From NCBI GenBank assembly GCA_964234715.1, contig OZ174278.1: a stretch of DNA of 64,000 nt, one strand, 5' to 3'. Numbering within the stretch: position 1 is the first letter of the stretch; each line of letters begins with the position of its first letter. Source of the DNA: Podarcis melisellensis (taxonomy: Eukaryota). The notes under the pieces are model-generated. The model was not told where the DNA came from, made no database searches, and saw only the letters and a list, made by a program, of their open reading frames with translations. This document shows, in pieces, positions 50,376-63,807 of this stretch. A program made the position numbers and the translations under genes.

Positions 50376-52077
50376 TAAACTTTGGGAATGACTAAGTAAG
50401 CTCCACAGTCCATTCAGACTATGTATCAATCCCATAATTGCTTTCAAGTTGACAGATGTGTGAACTTTCTGAGAGTCACAAGACAACAATATCAACTCTT
50501 TTATGAGTGCTGTAGAAACCAGCTACTAAGCATTTGGCTTGGATCCTATTGGACTATTTAAAGAATTGGCTAGTCCTAAAAGGAGACAATTAATAGCAAA
50601 GACCAGTAGTTCTTACTCAGGTGTAAAACTGATGCAATATTTCTGCAAGTAGGTAATATTTTATTTTTTAGCTGGCTGAAGAAAGGCTGACTTTTGTACT
50701 TCCTTCTATTTTTTCTACCAGTATTTGACATTTTCATGAAAAGGTTTATCTGTACAGGAAGACAATTGGCTGATAAAAGAACAATAATGGTGTATATTGA
50801 AATATAATAGACTTCTCTAGATATATATTTATATCTTGAGATATCAAATGAATAATAGTATGTGAAAGAAAATTCATTCTTTGGGTGCCAGCAAGCAGCA
50901 AATAGGATATTGATAAAGCAAAATTGCTTTAACAGAATTGTGTTAAAGCAAGGTGTTTAAAAAATCAGGACGTAGTGGGTAAAAAAAACAAAAACAAAAA
51001 ATGAATACACCTGCTAGAACTGCTGTATAAGGTTTGGTTTAGGAAGTGCCTTTACCAACTTTCAAAAATGAATGAAAAAGATTTGATTATACCACCCAAA
51101 ATGAATGGCCATTAAAAATGTAGTTCATCCAGCAGAACAAAATGATTTTAAATCCAAGGAACTTATCTAATTTAAGCCATTACAAAGGAGTAGCAGTTTT
51201 GTGCCGCATTGCCCAGAGAATGTTGTTGTGGTAGAAGAATGTCACTCTAGGGTCCTTGGGGAAAATAATGAGATACAAATGCAGCAAATAATTTTTAACA
51301 GTTGATTTGGCCCTCAAATAATTAAAACTAAATGTAACTGAGGTGCACTTTTTGGACACAATAAATTGGAAATGTCTCTTTTGCAAAATTCTGCTGGAAA
51401 GAACAGATGTTCCATAGCAGCACAACATGGCTAATTATGCATGTGCAATTCTGCATGCTTATTTTAAGGTTTCCTCCAGGACATATCATATGATTCCGGC
51501 TATAGCCTTTAACATAAAGAGTTCGCACAAAGCAACATGAAGAGATATGCCTATGAGTTGTGCTATTTATAGTCTGTTCAGAGAACAAACGTCAATGCTT
51601 TCTCAATAGGTTTCCTTTTCCTTGCTTAAATTCATTTTTAGAACAAGGGGTGGGGGGAGGAAGAAAAGATTGCATTCAACATTCAAAATAGAAAGTGAGC
51701 AACAGTCACTGTTTGATAAGATATGGTAGGAGTTTCTAATGCCATAATTTCAGAGCTGAAGGTATGGCACTTATGTGGGCTTTGACCAAGGATTATATTG
51801 TACCCTTTGGCATCTGAAACTAAATCCTGCCAAGGTGTGAGCTGATGTATCACAACAAAAACACAGTCCTTTGAGAAACTATTGAAAAGTCATTTCACAT
51901 TATGAATGGAGTGATGAATGAACAGTCATCTTGTGGAGGCAGGGGGAGGGAGCAGATATTTATTGCTTCCTTGGGTTCCAAGTTAAACCACTACAAATGA
52001 GATCTGCAACAAAATGTTTCAGTGTGGAATGCTATAATTCAATATGTCAGCCAGTTAGCTAGACAGTTTTCCAGGAT

Positions 52078-52423
52078 AAAGGTAAAGGGACCCCTGAACA
52101 TTAGGTCCAGTCACAGACGGCTCTAGGGTTATGGCGCTCATCTCGCTTTATTGGCCGAGGGAGCCAGTGTACAGCCAGCATGTGGCCAGAATGATTAAGC
52201 CACTTCTGGCGAACCCGAGCAGTGCACGGAAACACCGTTTACCTTCGTGCCAGAGTGGTACCTATTTATCTACTTGCACTCTGATGTGCTTTCGAACTCC
52301 TAGGTTGGCAAGAGCAGGGATCGAGCAACGGGAGCTCACCCCATCATGGGGATTTGAACCGCCGACCTTCTGATCAGCAAGCCCTAGGCTCTGTGGTTTA
52401 ACCCACAGTGCCACCCGCGTCCC
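52078..52423 (-). mobile_element. Full-length Sauria SINE (lacertid type)
   Basis: Closely similar to the 29.6-30.0 kb copy; 9-bp TSD tccaggata (52070-52078, 52424-52432). Confidence 0.92.
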
Positions 52424-55400
52424 TCCAGGATATGCATTTTCTAGGATACTCACGCCCAATTGTCAGAGTTATTTCGTTACTGAGCATGCTCAGTCCTCAC
52501 TGTACTGCCTCGGAGTCTCAATCCCCTCAGATTTTTCTCCTAGGGATTGTTTGTACTTCTGTGAATCTTGGGGTTCCCCTGAGCCTGCTGGTACCTCCCC
52601 TCTTGGGTGTGTGTGGGCGGCATTTTCACTATGTGAAGACTCACACTTGGTGAATGAGTTCACCATTAGTATAGATTATGCCCTTCATAGCATGCTGATC
52701 AAAGAAATATCATGCAGTTGAACAGAAAGTAGTCCATTGCCCAGACTCTTCTAGCTAATGTCAAAACGTTAATTCCTTTTAATCCTTTAAGCTTCTTTCT
52801 GGATTGAACAACTGCTCCCAACTTGACTATTCCCCCCCCCCCAAAAAAATATGAGGCTTCCAGATTCAGCTAGCAAAGCAGTTAGACACTAGTATCAATA
52901 TGCATATTGTAGAAGGGGAAAGATGCATTCTCCTTTAAAGAGGCATTTTCCTTTCAAAAAGTATGTTTAGCTTCATCTACATTGTGCTTAGCTCCAACAG
53001 TGCCCTGCAACAATGGAATCCTCTTCTCAATTTAATGGTGGGTGGGGGTTGGTGAACGGAAATCCAGATATGATGTTCTATTTGCACAAGCTTTTGTACC
53101 ACCATTTGCACATTATCTTTCCCTCTGGATGTAGCATGTTTTACTTTTTAGAACTTAAATCCCTTACTAATGGCTAGAAGTGCATGGATGTTGCCACTGC
53201 AAAACACTTGCAAACGCAATGACATGAAATCCAAAGGGCAAAGAAAACAGGAGTGGAGGGCAGATGTGCCAGTCATAGCATGCTTTGCAATGTGGGAAGT
53301 GCATGCACTACATGTATGGCCCTGTAGCCGTGAAAAGTTTCCCACTAGGCACTGTGCAACAGTACTAATGGATTTACTCTTTCTGCTCCTACTTCTTTGG
53401 TGGGGCAGTCACAAGTCCACAAAAAATCGAGAAAATTAAGGACCATCCACAATATTTGATGCCACTGATTTCAGAAACAATAAAATTAATCCAGGTTTAT
53501 ATTCCAACATAAAAGAGTTGGTATAACTACATAAGAAACAAGCTTTGGGTGTCCAACTGTGGGGTGTGTGTGTCTGTTTGCATGTGCGATCCTTTTGATA
53601 ATTACTGCCAAAATGCATGAAGTTCGCTAAATGGAGCCTCTGTATTCAGAGACCACATTCTCAATCCAAGACTGGGATAAACATCTGGGCAATGCTGTTC
53701 TCTTAATTCCTGACATGTGAAAGGGGATACAGCAGAGATACAGTATGAAGCATTGCATGATTCAAAAGCTATGCCAACTGTTCTTCAATTGAGTAGCCAT
53801 TGCACTTGTCACACATGGACTCTGGGAAATATAATGCTCTACAAAAAGGTTAATTGCAGCTTTGTGAAGTTAGGGGGGGGTTCTTCCTTGACCTGAAACC
53901 AGTCTTGAGGCATTCTGAATTGGCTTCCATCCTTACATGAGATGACACACGAACTCTTGAAAGCCCCACTTGCTATTTCTATAATATAGTGCATTTTTGC
54001 CAAAAATTAGACAAAATCATTTTTGATAAGGCTATCAATGGCTATTAGCCACAATGACTATGCTGTTAAAGGCAGTATACTTCTGAATACGAGTTTCTGG
54101 TAATTGGAAGTGAAGAGAGTGCTGTTGTGCTAAAGTCCTGCTTTGGCTTCTCATAAGCATCTGGCTGACCACTGCGAGAACAGGATACTGCACTAGATGG
54201 GTCATGAGCCCAGTCTAGCAGGACTCTTCTTATGCCAATATATTCTTAAAACACACCTTAGTTTGCATAGTGCACATGCTAAACTTGTTTCAGTAATGAC
54301 TTGAACATGCGGTAGGCATGTTCCTTGAAAGGAGACATATGAGGGCCCCAAACAAACTGTGGGTGTGGCACTTTGTCTTGCTGTCTTCCCTTATCCCTCC
54401 CTACCTTCCCACTTTTCAGACTGGGGGGGGGTGTCACATCAAAGGAGTTAGAGAGCCACAGGTTGCCTACCAGTGACTTAACAGGAGACATATATACCAG
54501 CAATTTCGCAACTATGTTTTCGGTTCATCGTTACCTTTAAATTAGCAAGGTTAAACTTTAACCAGGCCACCATATTGTTTAGACATCAATAAAACCAATC
54601 TCTTTCTTCCTTTCCCCCCCATTTCTGCATGTTAAAACTGGGAACTAAACAAAGTGAATGCATTTCACAGAAAAACAGTATACAGTGGCAATGTTAGAGA
54701 GTATTAGCTGCAGCATTTTTTCAGCCTTTGATTGGGCTGCTAAAGTTGGTACTGAAATGTGTTTTCCGAAGCAAAACACTTCATTTTGGAGCAAGGCTGG
54801 CCATTAAACAGCCTACAGGCCCCTGAAGAATCCATAGGCAGCCTACACACTTCATCCCACACACTTTCTTCCAACAGTCTTGAGAACACTAGGTATATTT
54901 TTACTCTCCCTCCCTCCCCTTTCGGAAGAGGAATTTTCTGGCTTTTGTGGCTGCAAAGACAAATGTGACAGCAATTTAATGTCATAATGAGTAGTGATGC
55001 AATTAGAAGTATGTTGACCCTACGTATTTGTACAATTCTCTCCATTTCTAAAGCCCATAATCAGAATGGCTGGCTCAAGTGTGCCTGTGCTTGTTTGCAG
55101 ATCATAATTTCAGTGTGTTACCACCATCGGAATATAGGCAATGCTTTACCCAGCAACAGTGCTGGGTAAATCATTGCTATGATCTTCTCCACACATGTAT
55201 GGAGATATTTCTGGAGATGCAGCCCTTGCACCACTACACTTTCCAGTATTACCTATAGCTCCTTGAATACTCTTTCTACCTCTTCTCTGGCATGTGCCCC
55301 ATTTGGTACCATATAAATGGACTATCATTATCAAAAGCAAAGCGTACCCATTCTCTTCACAAATAAGCTTAATCCACTGCTTCCTGCAAGTCCAGCAAAT

Positions 55401-58400
55401 GGGTACTGCATGTGCTTGAGCTCTACAGGATGAAACAGTGCAAGGTGGTGGGGAATGCAGGAACTAAAGAGCTCATTCGGTTGCATGCACTTGTACGTAA
55501 CGAATTTGAGAAAACACTGGGTAGTCAACAACACATTTGGGAACACCACAAATTTAAAGATGCATGATAATCTAGTGGCTACACTTTTCACAAGCTGATG
55601 TGCTTCTGTTTCAGATCAAAAGCTCTCATTAAAGGTGATCTAGTTGTTTACAGAGATCAGGCAAAAATAAAATACAAATTTGCTTGTTTTTCACCACTAC
55701 CATGAAAGTTGGGTTTGTGCGACCGGGATTCAAATAAGCAAGTATATGCAGTAGGCTATAGAAATTAGAGATACTTCAGTTGGCTGGTTATCAGCAGTGC
55801 TATGATATGGCCAGAATGCGTTCTGCAGGATTGGCCTGCGAGAACCACAATGATCTAGGTCAGTTTCTAAATCAGTGCTTGTTGCTTTTAGGGGCTTTGC
55901 ATCTGGTTCAGGCTGGCGCTTTAGCGTATTGACACAGCCATTAGCCTTGGCTGTCAGCCAAGCAGCAGGATGATTGCCCTGTGCACCACAGGGAGTAGTG
56001 CCGTCTGTGCACACATGTTGTTCTGCAGCACAGGGCCTCCAAGCCATGTCACATCAAAACCCACTAGCAAAGACTCAGAGATGCATTTCAGGCATTTGGT
56101 TATCTCTTTCGCAATATGGCAAAATCAGAAAGTGTCATTTAGCACATCTATGTGTGGGCTGATGCCGCTGAGTAATACAGCTATTTTAAAAGCTGCTGCT
56201 AAGCAACACTGATGAAGTTGCCATGGACGAGAACTTATTTTTTTGTCTTTTAGAGACACTCTATTTTAATACATGTTTATAAGTCATCTTTAAAGTTATT
56301 TATTCAACTTTTGTTTTCTATCCCACCCTGCTCTTAAAGATGCCAGGTTTAGTGAAAAATGCTTCTTTATCTCACTCATCTTCACAACAAAGTGGGATGG
56401 GGGAAAGCAAAATCATCATTAATTCCCATTTCACAGACAGCGAAGTGCGGCTTAAGGAGTATGGCTTGCTCAAGCTGTTGTGGGTCCTGAGGTCACATCT
56501 TGAAGAGGATGACTGGATGACAAGGAAGAATAGGACTTTGGACCAGCTGCGGAGCATTCCCTGCCTGTGCCCAGTGCTGCCCAGCTGGACAGCATCTTGA
56601 GAAGGACACAACAGCTTAAGGAGCCCTTCCTGCGAGCCCATTGCCACTCGCAGAAGCAGCACTGGGCTTGCAGGGACCAGGGTGCAGCCTGTTGAATCCT
56701 TCTCAGCCACCCTCCAGGTGGAGGTCAGCTAAGAAGGATGCAACAGCTCTTGACGGGGCAGGGTGCCTTGATGGACACCCCCAAAAACCTGCCCAGGGCG
56801 ACAGCCACCTCGGCTCCCCCATACTACACCCCTGGTTTGGACAACTGGAGGAGGAAAGGCCCTATTGGGTTGGGAGATGAGAATCTGGGACCCCAGGAAA
56901 AGTCTGGGCATCCTAGTGGTTTGAGTCTGGAGGACTAGAGGAATATACTTATGGGATGTCAGAAGAGCATCCTGCTCTTGTGAAACTGAACCCCCACAAG
57001 TGCAATCTCACAAGCTTTAGAGGTGGCTCCCATGCCCTCCCCCTCAGTGAAGAGCACTTCCCTTCTGTGGAGGTGCCTGGGGATAAATCTGGCATTGAGC
57101 TAACTCCATCTCCAAAGTTGCAGAGACAACAATACCAGCATGACCAAACCCTGCATGCCCAGCCTCTATAGAGGAGTACCTATTTGTTTGCCCAGTCCTA
57201 AGGATCAGAAAGTCAACTGTGCAAATAGCTGTGCCTGCCCTGCTTTTCAAAAGGAGAGCATGGGCTGGCATTGTCAAGTGTTGGATTCATGTCTTATCTC
57301 CAGCCTAGCCATGTATCAAAGAGCTGTGCCATGTCGTATCCATTTGTAAGCTGTAGAACCATGTTGGGATGCTGTACTGCCTCGTGGGAGTTAGAGTTCT
57401 GAGTCTGGCAAGGAGAGCCAGGATACCAGCAATATCCAGCATCTCCGTGAGTGAGTATCAATGCCAGTCACTGAGGTCTGGATTAAACAAGTCCCAGCTT
57501 TCTATGGTGTATGGGCACATTTGATTTGTCAAACGTGCCAAGTAAATTCTGGGTGGGTGGGTGGGTGCATGCATGTGTTTTGAGGTAACAAGAGTCTGAT
57601 CTTCATAAAGCTTCTTCTGAGAATGCACTGCAAGACTGTAAATCTAATAGGGAGATCAAAACTTTTTTTAAGCAAGCTCACAAAAGCATCTCTCATAAAG
57701 CTCAAGTAGCTTGAAGGAGTCCTGGACAGCGCTGTAATCTTAAACCACAGTGAAAAATGAATTTAAGGACAATTCTCACAGAAAAGTTGATTTATTGATA
57801 ATGTAGTGAGAGCAGGCTTGGCATATGGTGATGAATCAGCCACGGAATTGCTTTGCTATATGCAGAACTTCACAACCGAGGACAAAACTGTATGAGATGC
57901 CATTCATGATATTAGCAACTCATGCAGTTAGCAGGTGGCCTCCCCAATCCAAGTCAAGGCCCTGATAGTGATAGTTATGGTCTCAATATAGATTGAGATC
58001 ACTGCACCTGCCATTTACTTGTTAAAAAGCCATTCAACACAACTGATAATGGCATGAATAGCAGCACCTCCTAGCCTGGCCCAGAGTGCACATTTATTGG
58101 GCAGCCAGAAACCAGAAGAACCTGGCAGACCAATAAAAGGTCTGCTTCTGTGGTTTGGCATCTTTACCACCAGGGGAAAGCCACAGCTCCTTTTGCCCCG
58201 CCCCCTCTGGAACCTACACCATGCCATCAACTGCAAGGGGCCAGAAGAGACTGCCATATACATATCCATGCTCCCCATATATATTGCACTGCATCTTTGG
58301 GGTGGATTTTCAAATTTGGTTTGAGAATTGCTTTGGGAGCTGAGTTATAAGGCATGGTAAAACATGGCGCAGATTTCAAGCTGAGTTCATGCTGTAGTCA

Positions 58401-60105
58401 AATGACTCTGCGCTCTTAATCTTGAGTCAAACTGTGGTTACCAGTAGCCATCCACTAGTGCCATCTTCCTCTTGTGTGCACTCAACAGAATGACGGACAA
58501 TGGATTTTTCTGTTGACATCATTCATAAGTACAATTAAATGCTAGTGACGCATGACAACTTCCTGTTCATCGAGGAAGAAGAAATGTTAAAGTCTAGCCT
58601 TTTTAAAGAATGCTAGAGTTGTTTGCTTTCCTTTATATATCTAAACATTTTTTTTCAAGACATGAGATGACAAAAAAAGATTAAGAAGTCATTGTATACA
58701 TATTCATTGAAACAATTGATACGACAGTACATGGAGGCTCTCCTATTGTTTGATATAAGCTGACCAATCATAATTCCCTATTGTTGCCTTATGTGTGAGA
58801 ATGATACTGTTTCAAAATCTTACAAAAGAACCCAATGTTATAGAAAGTTGTCCGTTTCTGTAGCATTTGATATCTGTGGGGGGCAGTACAAGGGACTAAT
58901 AATTCAGTGTTGCATGAGATTGTTTTGAGGATAATCTATTTTGTCTCATTTATAGCGGATTCAGCACATTTTAAGCAGATAGAAATGCTAAGAGTTAAGC
59001 ACCACTAAATTAATAGGGAGCTCTGGGAACAGGAAGGAATATAGAGTTTTCACTACGAAGCTATTGATATGAATGTGATGTAGATCAATAGTGACTTTCA
59101 GATATTGCTGTCATGTAGTTACACATTACCAAATCAGCAGGGTGCCCATACTAAAAGACCATGTGAATAACTAGAAATGCAGACTAGAGACAGACTGTTT
59201 GCCCTGAAACATGAAGTCACAGTTTTTCAGGAATTTTCTCATCTTCAAAACAAAAACATCTACTAAAACAAAGTTACTTATATTTTAAAATATTTTAATT
59301 AACCTTTAAGCTGCCCCCAAAACTTTCAAATACCAGGTGTGCAAACATTATTTCTACAATAGATAATCTGCTTTGCAATTTTTTCAACATGTACTATTCT
59401 TTGAAATTGCTGAACCTGTTCCCAAGTAGAGCATTACTACTGAAGGTTTAGATTTTGTTGGAAAGGGGGTGATAACCTAAACCATTTAAGGATTCTTATT
59501 TGTTAGTTTTAAAAAACAAAAAAAAACCAAAACACACCTTAGAGATATTTTCACAATTGCTCTCTGTGCTGCTCTGTTCATTTGCTTATACATTCTAAAA
59601 GAAGCCAAAGCCCCAGGCTCAGACCCATTTTCTTAATTGTGAATCAAGGTAAGATGCCACTATGTGCTCAATATTCATGGGACTTCAGTTCTTACATTGG
59701 GCCGATTTTTCTCCTCAAATCTATGGGCAATTTGTATGAAAGGGGATTGCCAAATTATTTTTATTTATTTGCTCAGAGAATGCAAGATTCCCTTGGCCTG
59801 AAACATGTGAACTTCTGTATTTAGCTAATTCAAGGACATAGCAAGATTAGGGATTTCCCAGTCATGTGCAGGTAGATGAAAGGTCCACAAAATCCAACTG
59901 CCAAAGCCCAGGGAATCTGGCCCCTAGCAGAGCTTGAATAGGGAGCCACCTGGGGACCTTTTGCAGGCCATTCTTAAACTACTTGCTATGAGAGAGCAGG
60001 GTATAATATGCAACTCATCTGAACATTCTGAGAGAGGTTTGGTATTCAGTTTTATAGGAATGTACAGGACTGTACAGAATGTAAGTTAAGCGAAACCTTG
60101 CAATA

Positions 60106-60355
60106 AAGAAGAGAAGAAGGATAGTTTGGATTTGATATCCCACTTTATCACTACCCTAAGGAGTCTCAAAGCGGCTAACAATCTCCTTTCCCTTCCTCCC
60201 CCACAACAAACACTCTGTGAGGTGAGTGAGGCTGAGAGACTTCAGAGAAGTGTGACTAGCCCAAGGTCACCCAGCAGCTGCATGTGGAGGAATGGGGAAT
60301 CAAACCCAGTTCACCAGATTATGAGTCCACTGCTCTTAACCACTACACCACACTG
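60106..60355 (-). mobile_element. Squam3-type CORE SINE
   Basis: Near-identical to 36747-36982; short GAAGA tail. Confidence 0.85.
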
Positions 60356-60369
60356 TATTATGTATTTAG

Positions 60370-60417
60370 AGTATTACGTTTTAGAGACCGGACAGTATTA
60401 CATTTTAGAGACCGGAT
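60370..60417. repeat. 24-bp tandem duplication (agtattacRttttagagaccggaY x2)
   Basis: Direct inspection; adjacent to the SINE 5' junction. Confidence 0.85.
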
Positions 60418-62589
60418 ATGTCCTTCAGCTGGCATCATCACAAGTAATGGTTTCCACTGAGCCAAGGAGAGTCTGCAAAAAGACCCACATGCAATCCACG
60501 TTATAGAAATAATATGGCTCTCTGAAAAATGTGTTTTCTGTCTGAACAGACTAGGGTGGAATCTACACACATAAAAAAAACCCACTGTGATTTTTTTTAA
60601 AATGTTTTGAGAAATACATTGAGTTTGGCATAGCTTACGGTTGCTATCTAGTGTCACGTTTGTATATTGCGCTTTACAACACATTTAAAACGTTTTATTT
60701 GCAGCTGTGTAGAATAGTCCCCAATTAGGGATGGGGTCTACCTGACCTTGCAGATGTTGCTGGACTCCCACTCCCATCAGCATGACCAATGCTCAAGATC
60801 AGGGATGATGGGACTTGTAGTGCAAGAACATGTCGAAGGCCACAGGATTTGCACCCTGGGCTAGATGGATTGAGTACAAACATCATCATTTGGAATAACT
60901 CCACATCAGACCCATCTTTTCTTCTCTTTTTAAATAGCTGAAGCTAGCAGCCAAGACTACACAGCAGCACTTATCATGAGATGACACTTATGAGTCATAG
61001 CACTCCAAGCCCAGGATGTGCATATGGTACTCAGCATCATCTACTTACGTTTGGAGAAAAATTAGAAATATATCACAGCAGGTAACCAAGTCTATCCTTG
61101 TTAGAATTAAAAAAAGTTAACGAGCTAATATTTTTAAGATATCTTAAGAAGGCACGTGACAAAAAGTATATTAGGTCAGAGATGTAAAAATGTTATTTTA
61201 CCAAGTAAAAATGTTATTTTTACCAAGCATCCTTGATTCAAGGAGCAAATGGTTTTAATCTTTCCAAGTGTAACTAAAAACAACCAAAACCCCCAAGATG
61301 TCTGGCAGAATTTACTCATGTCCCAGAAATAGATCAGAAGGATGAAAGGGGGAAAGGGTGTATTGCACCCTATGGAAGTTAAACTTATGGTGTGGGATAA
61401 GAACCCATTTCTACTGGGTAGAACATTGATAAGTACTTGAAGAATGAAGGTCTCAGACTGCATTTGTAAGCTCTACTGCATTAGATTGAAAGTCAACCAT
61501 TCAGGAGTGAATCAGATGTCTACAGAAAGCCCACAAGCAAGTTGTTACCTTGAACAACCATCTCTCTTACTTGTTCCCCTGTAACTGGTATTCAGATGCA
61601 TCCTGCAGCTATTCCTAAAGATAGTATACAGCCATGAATGCTAGAAGCCTCTGGTAGCTTTTTATTCTCCCGTGGATTTGTCTAATCCTCTTCTAAAGTT
61701 GTATAAATTGGCAGCCACCACTATATCTTACTTAACATTGCACTGTGTAAAGAAGCAGTTTCCTTTGCCTGTCCTGAATCTTCAAGCATTGGTGGACCCT
61801 GCTTTCTGGCTTGAGGACATCCCCATACATGTGACCCTCGGGGATGAATGCCTACCTCTGCATTAGTGAGACAGAAATTGCCTTACAGAAGCCATGCTGA
61901 TTCTTTCTTCTATATGCGTGTTAAGCTTATCTTATTAACACTTTCAACCAGTTTCCCCCCTGAAATGTATGTTCTAGTTAGCTAGCCTATACAATCCTTG
62001 AACCCTTTTTAAAGCTTGGTGCTACTTTGGTGGTACAGAAGCCAATCTTAGTGATAAGCAATATATTTTTCTTAGACGGCTATTTGTTTCTCTTCTTCAG
62101 ACTCCCTTCCAGAAAAAGTCAGTGCAGGTATCTGCACTACATATTACGCAGTGAAGACAGTTACAAACCTATCAGGGTTTGAAACAAATAACTAGGTCTA
62201 GAACCAGCGGAGGGAAAACAGTAATTGCTGGGTTCCCTTAGTAAAGAGTTGGATAACTGTCTGATAAAATCCTTTGTCTACATACATTTCAATTATTTTT
62301 CATCGAAATGGAGTTCATTCTACTTTCTGAACATAGCTACAAATTACTGCCCACCACACAAAACAAGACACTTCTCAGAACAGTTTGGTAACACTGCTAA
62401 TTCTCTCTAGCCTTGCCTTGAAATATCGCAACTGCATCAGAGCCTTTTGCTGAGAACATTTTGTTTTGTAAGTCTGAGATGTAACCACAGAATGGATATT
62501 CTGTGAAGACAAGGGTGGCATTTCTTTACAGGCCTGACATCTGCACTTTCCTATTAGTAAGGACGAAAATAATTTAGACATTTCAGCTC

Positions 62590-62592
<3 letters not shown>

Positions 62593-62624
<32 letters not shown>
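62593..62624. repeat. (CA)n microsatellite
   Basis: Direct inspection. Confidence 0.95.
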
Positions 62625-62625
<1 letters not shown>

Positions 62626-62675
62626 ACTAAGAGAAGTTATTATCTGTACTAGAGGTTCCCAGTGAGAGTATAGAC

Positions 62676-62811
62676 CAGTGTTTCCCAAACTTGTGGCTCC
62701 AGCTGTTTTTGGACTACAATTCCCATCATCCCTTGCCACTGGTCTTGCTAGTCAGGGATGATGGGAGTTGTAGTTCAAAAACAGCTGGAGGCACAAGGTT
62801 GGGAAACACTG
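62676..62811. mobile_element. 136-bp palindromic hAT-Charlie-type MITE
   Basis: TIR CAGTGTTTCCCAA...TTGGGAAACACTG; near-complete hairpin; perfect 8-bp TSD gtatagac (62668-62675, 62812-62819). Confidence 0.92.
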
Positions 62812-63067
62812 GTATAGACCATATTAAACAGATTTCAAAAATTCATGAAGATCCTGTCAAGATCCTGTTTGCATTTGTGACATTGGACAGGACATAAGAA
62901 GAGCCAGCTGGATCAGATCAATGGCCCATCAAGTCCAACATTCTGCTCCCAAAGTGACCAACCAGATGCCAGCGGAAAAACCACAAGCAGTTCATGAGCA
63001 CAACCGTGCTGTTCGTTTTTGCGGTTTCTAGCAGCTGGTATTCAGAAGCATCACTGTCTCTGACCAT

Positions 63068-63113
63068 GGTGGCCCAGCCATGCCCCTTCTGGTGGCCCAG
63101 CCATGCCCCTTCT
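63068..63113. repeat. Perfect 23-bp tandem duplication (ggtggcccagccatgccccttct x2)
   Basis: Direct inspection; lies at the junction between a CR1-like fragment and an L2 fragment. Confidence 0.9.
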
Positions 63114-63590
63114 GTTGTCTATGCTCAGATAACCTCTAGATTTGATTTCTGCAAAGTGTTACATGTGGGGCTGCCTCTAAAGATGGTTTGGAAACTTCAG
63201 CAGCTGCAGAATTCAGCAGTCAGGTTGCTACCAGGACAAGACAATTTGAGCATATAACACCAGTCTTGGTCTGACTGCAGTGGTTAACAATTAGTTTCTG
63301 GGTCCATCTCAATTTTTTGACCTATAAAGCCTTATATGGCTCAGGACCACAATACCTCAAGAACCACCTCTCGCCATATGAACCAACACAGACCCTACAA
63401 TCATCTCCTGAGGCCCTTTTTCATGTGCCTCCCCCATGAGAGGTCCAGAGGGTGGCAACATGGGAACATGTCTTTTTTTTGGGGGGTAGCTCCCCATATG
63501 TAGAATGCTTTTCGCAGGGAGGCTTGACTGGCACCATCATAACATATATTCAGGTGCCAGGCAAAATTTTTCCTCTATAACCAGGCAATC
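63114..63590 (+). mobile_element. L2-clade LINE ORF2 C-terminal fragment
   Basis: ORF 62994..63257 ends VVYAQITSRFDFCKVLHVGLPLKMVWKLQQLQNSAVRLL, matching L2 V.A..TSRLDYCN.L..GLP....KLQ.VQN.AARL; continues with HITPVL..L.WL. Confidence 0.85.
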
Positions 63591-63703
63591 GACCTTCAAC
63601 TCTGTGGCCTTTTAGAAGGGGACAGAATTTTTTTTAATGTATTTCTTGTTCCTCCTCGGTTTAAGGTATCTATGTAGGGTTTATTGTCTGTCTGCAAGTC
63701 TGG

Positions 63704-63807
63704 GTCAAAACAAAAAAAATTCCTTCCAGTAGCACCTTAAAGACCAACACTGGAAGGAATTTTTTTTGTTTTGACTATGGCAGACCAACACGGCTACCTA
63801 TCTGTAA
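63704..63807. mobile_element. Penelope-like element remnant with inverted duplication
   Basis: 27-bp inverted repeat (63704-63730 / 63749-63775); sequence shared with the 41.5 kb element; flanking near-duplicate tctgYaagtctggg (63691-63704, 63801-63814). Confidence 0.75.

Noticed and set aside
58100-58210. CCAAT boxes, GC box and partial CTCF-like CCACCAGGGG
   Set aside because: Incomplete motif matches expected by chance; no associated exon identified.
60370-60417. GTTTTAGAG repeat resembling a type II CRISPR repeat start
   Set aside because: Only two adjacent 24-bp units, no spacers, no cas genes, vertebrate context.
62994-63257. 87-aa ORF as a host gene
   Set aside because: It is a decayed L2 ORF2 fragment fused to other repeat sequence.
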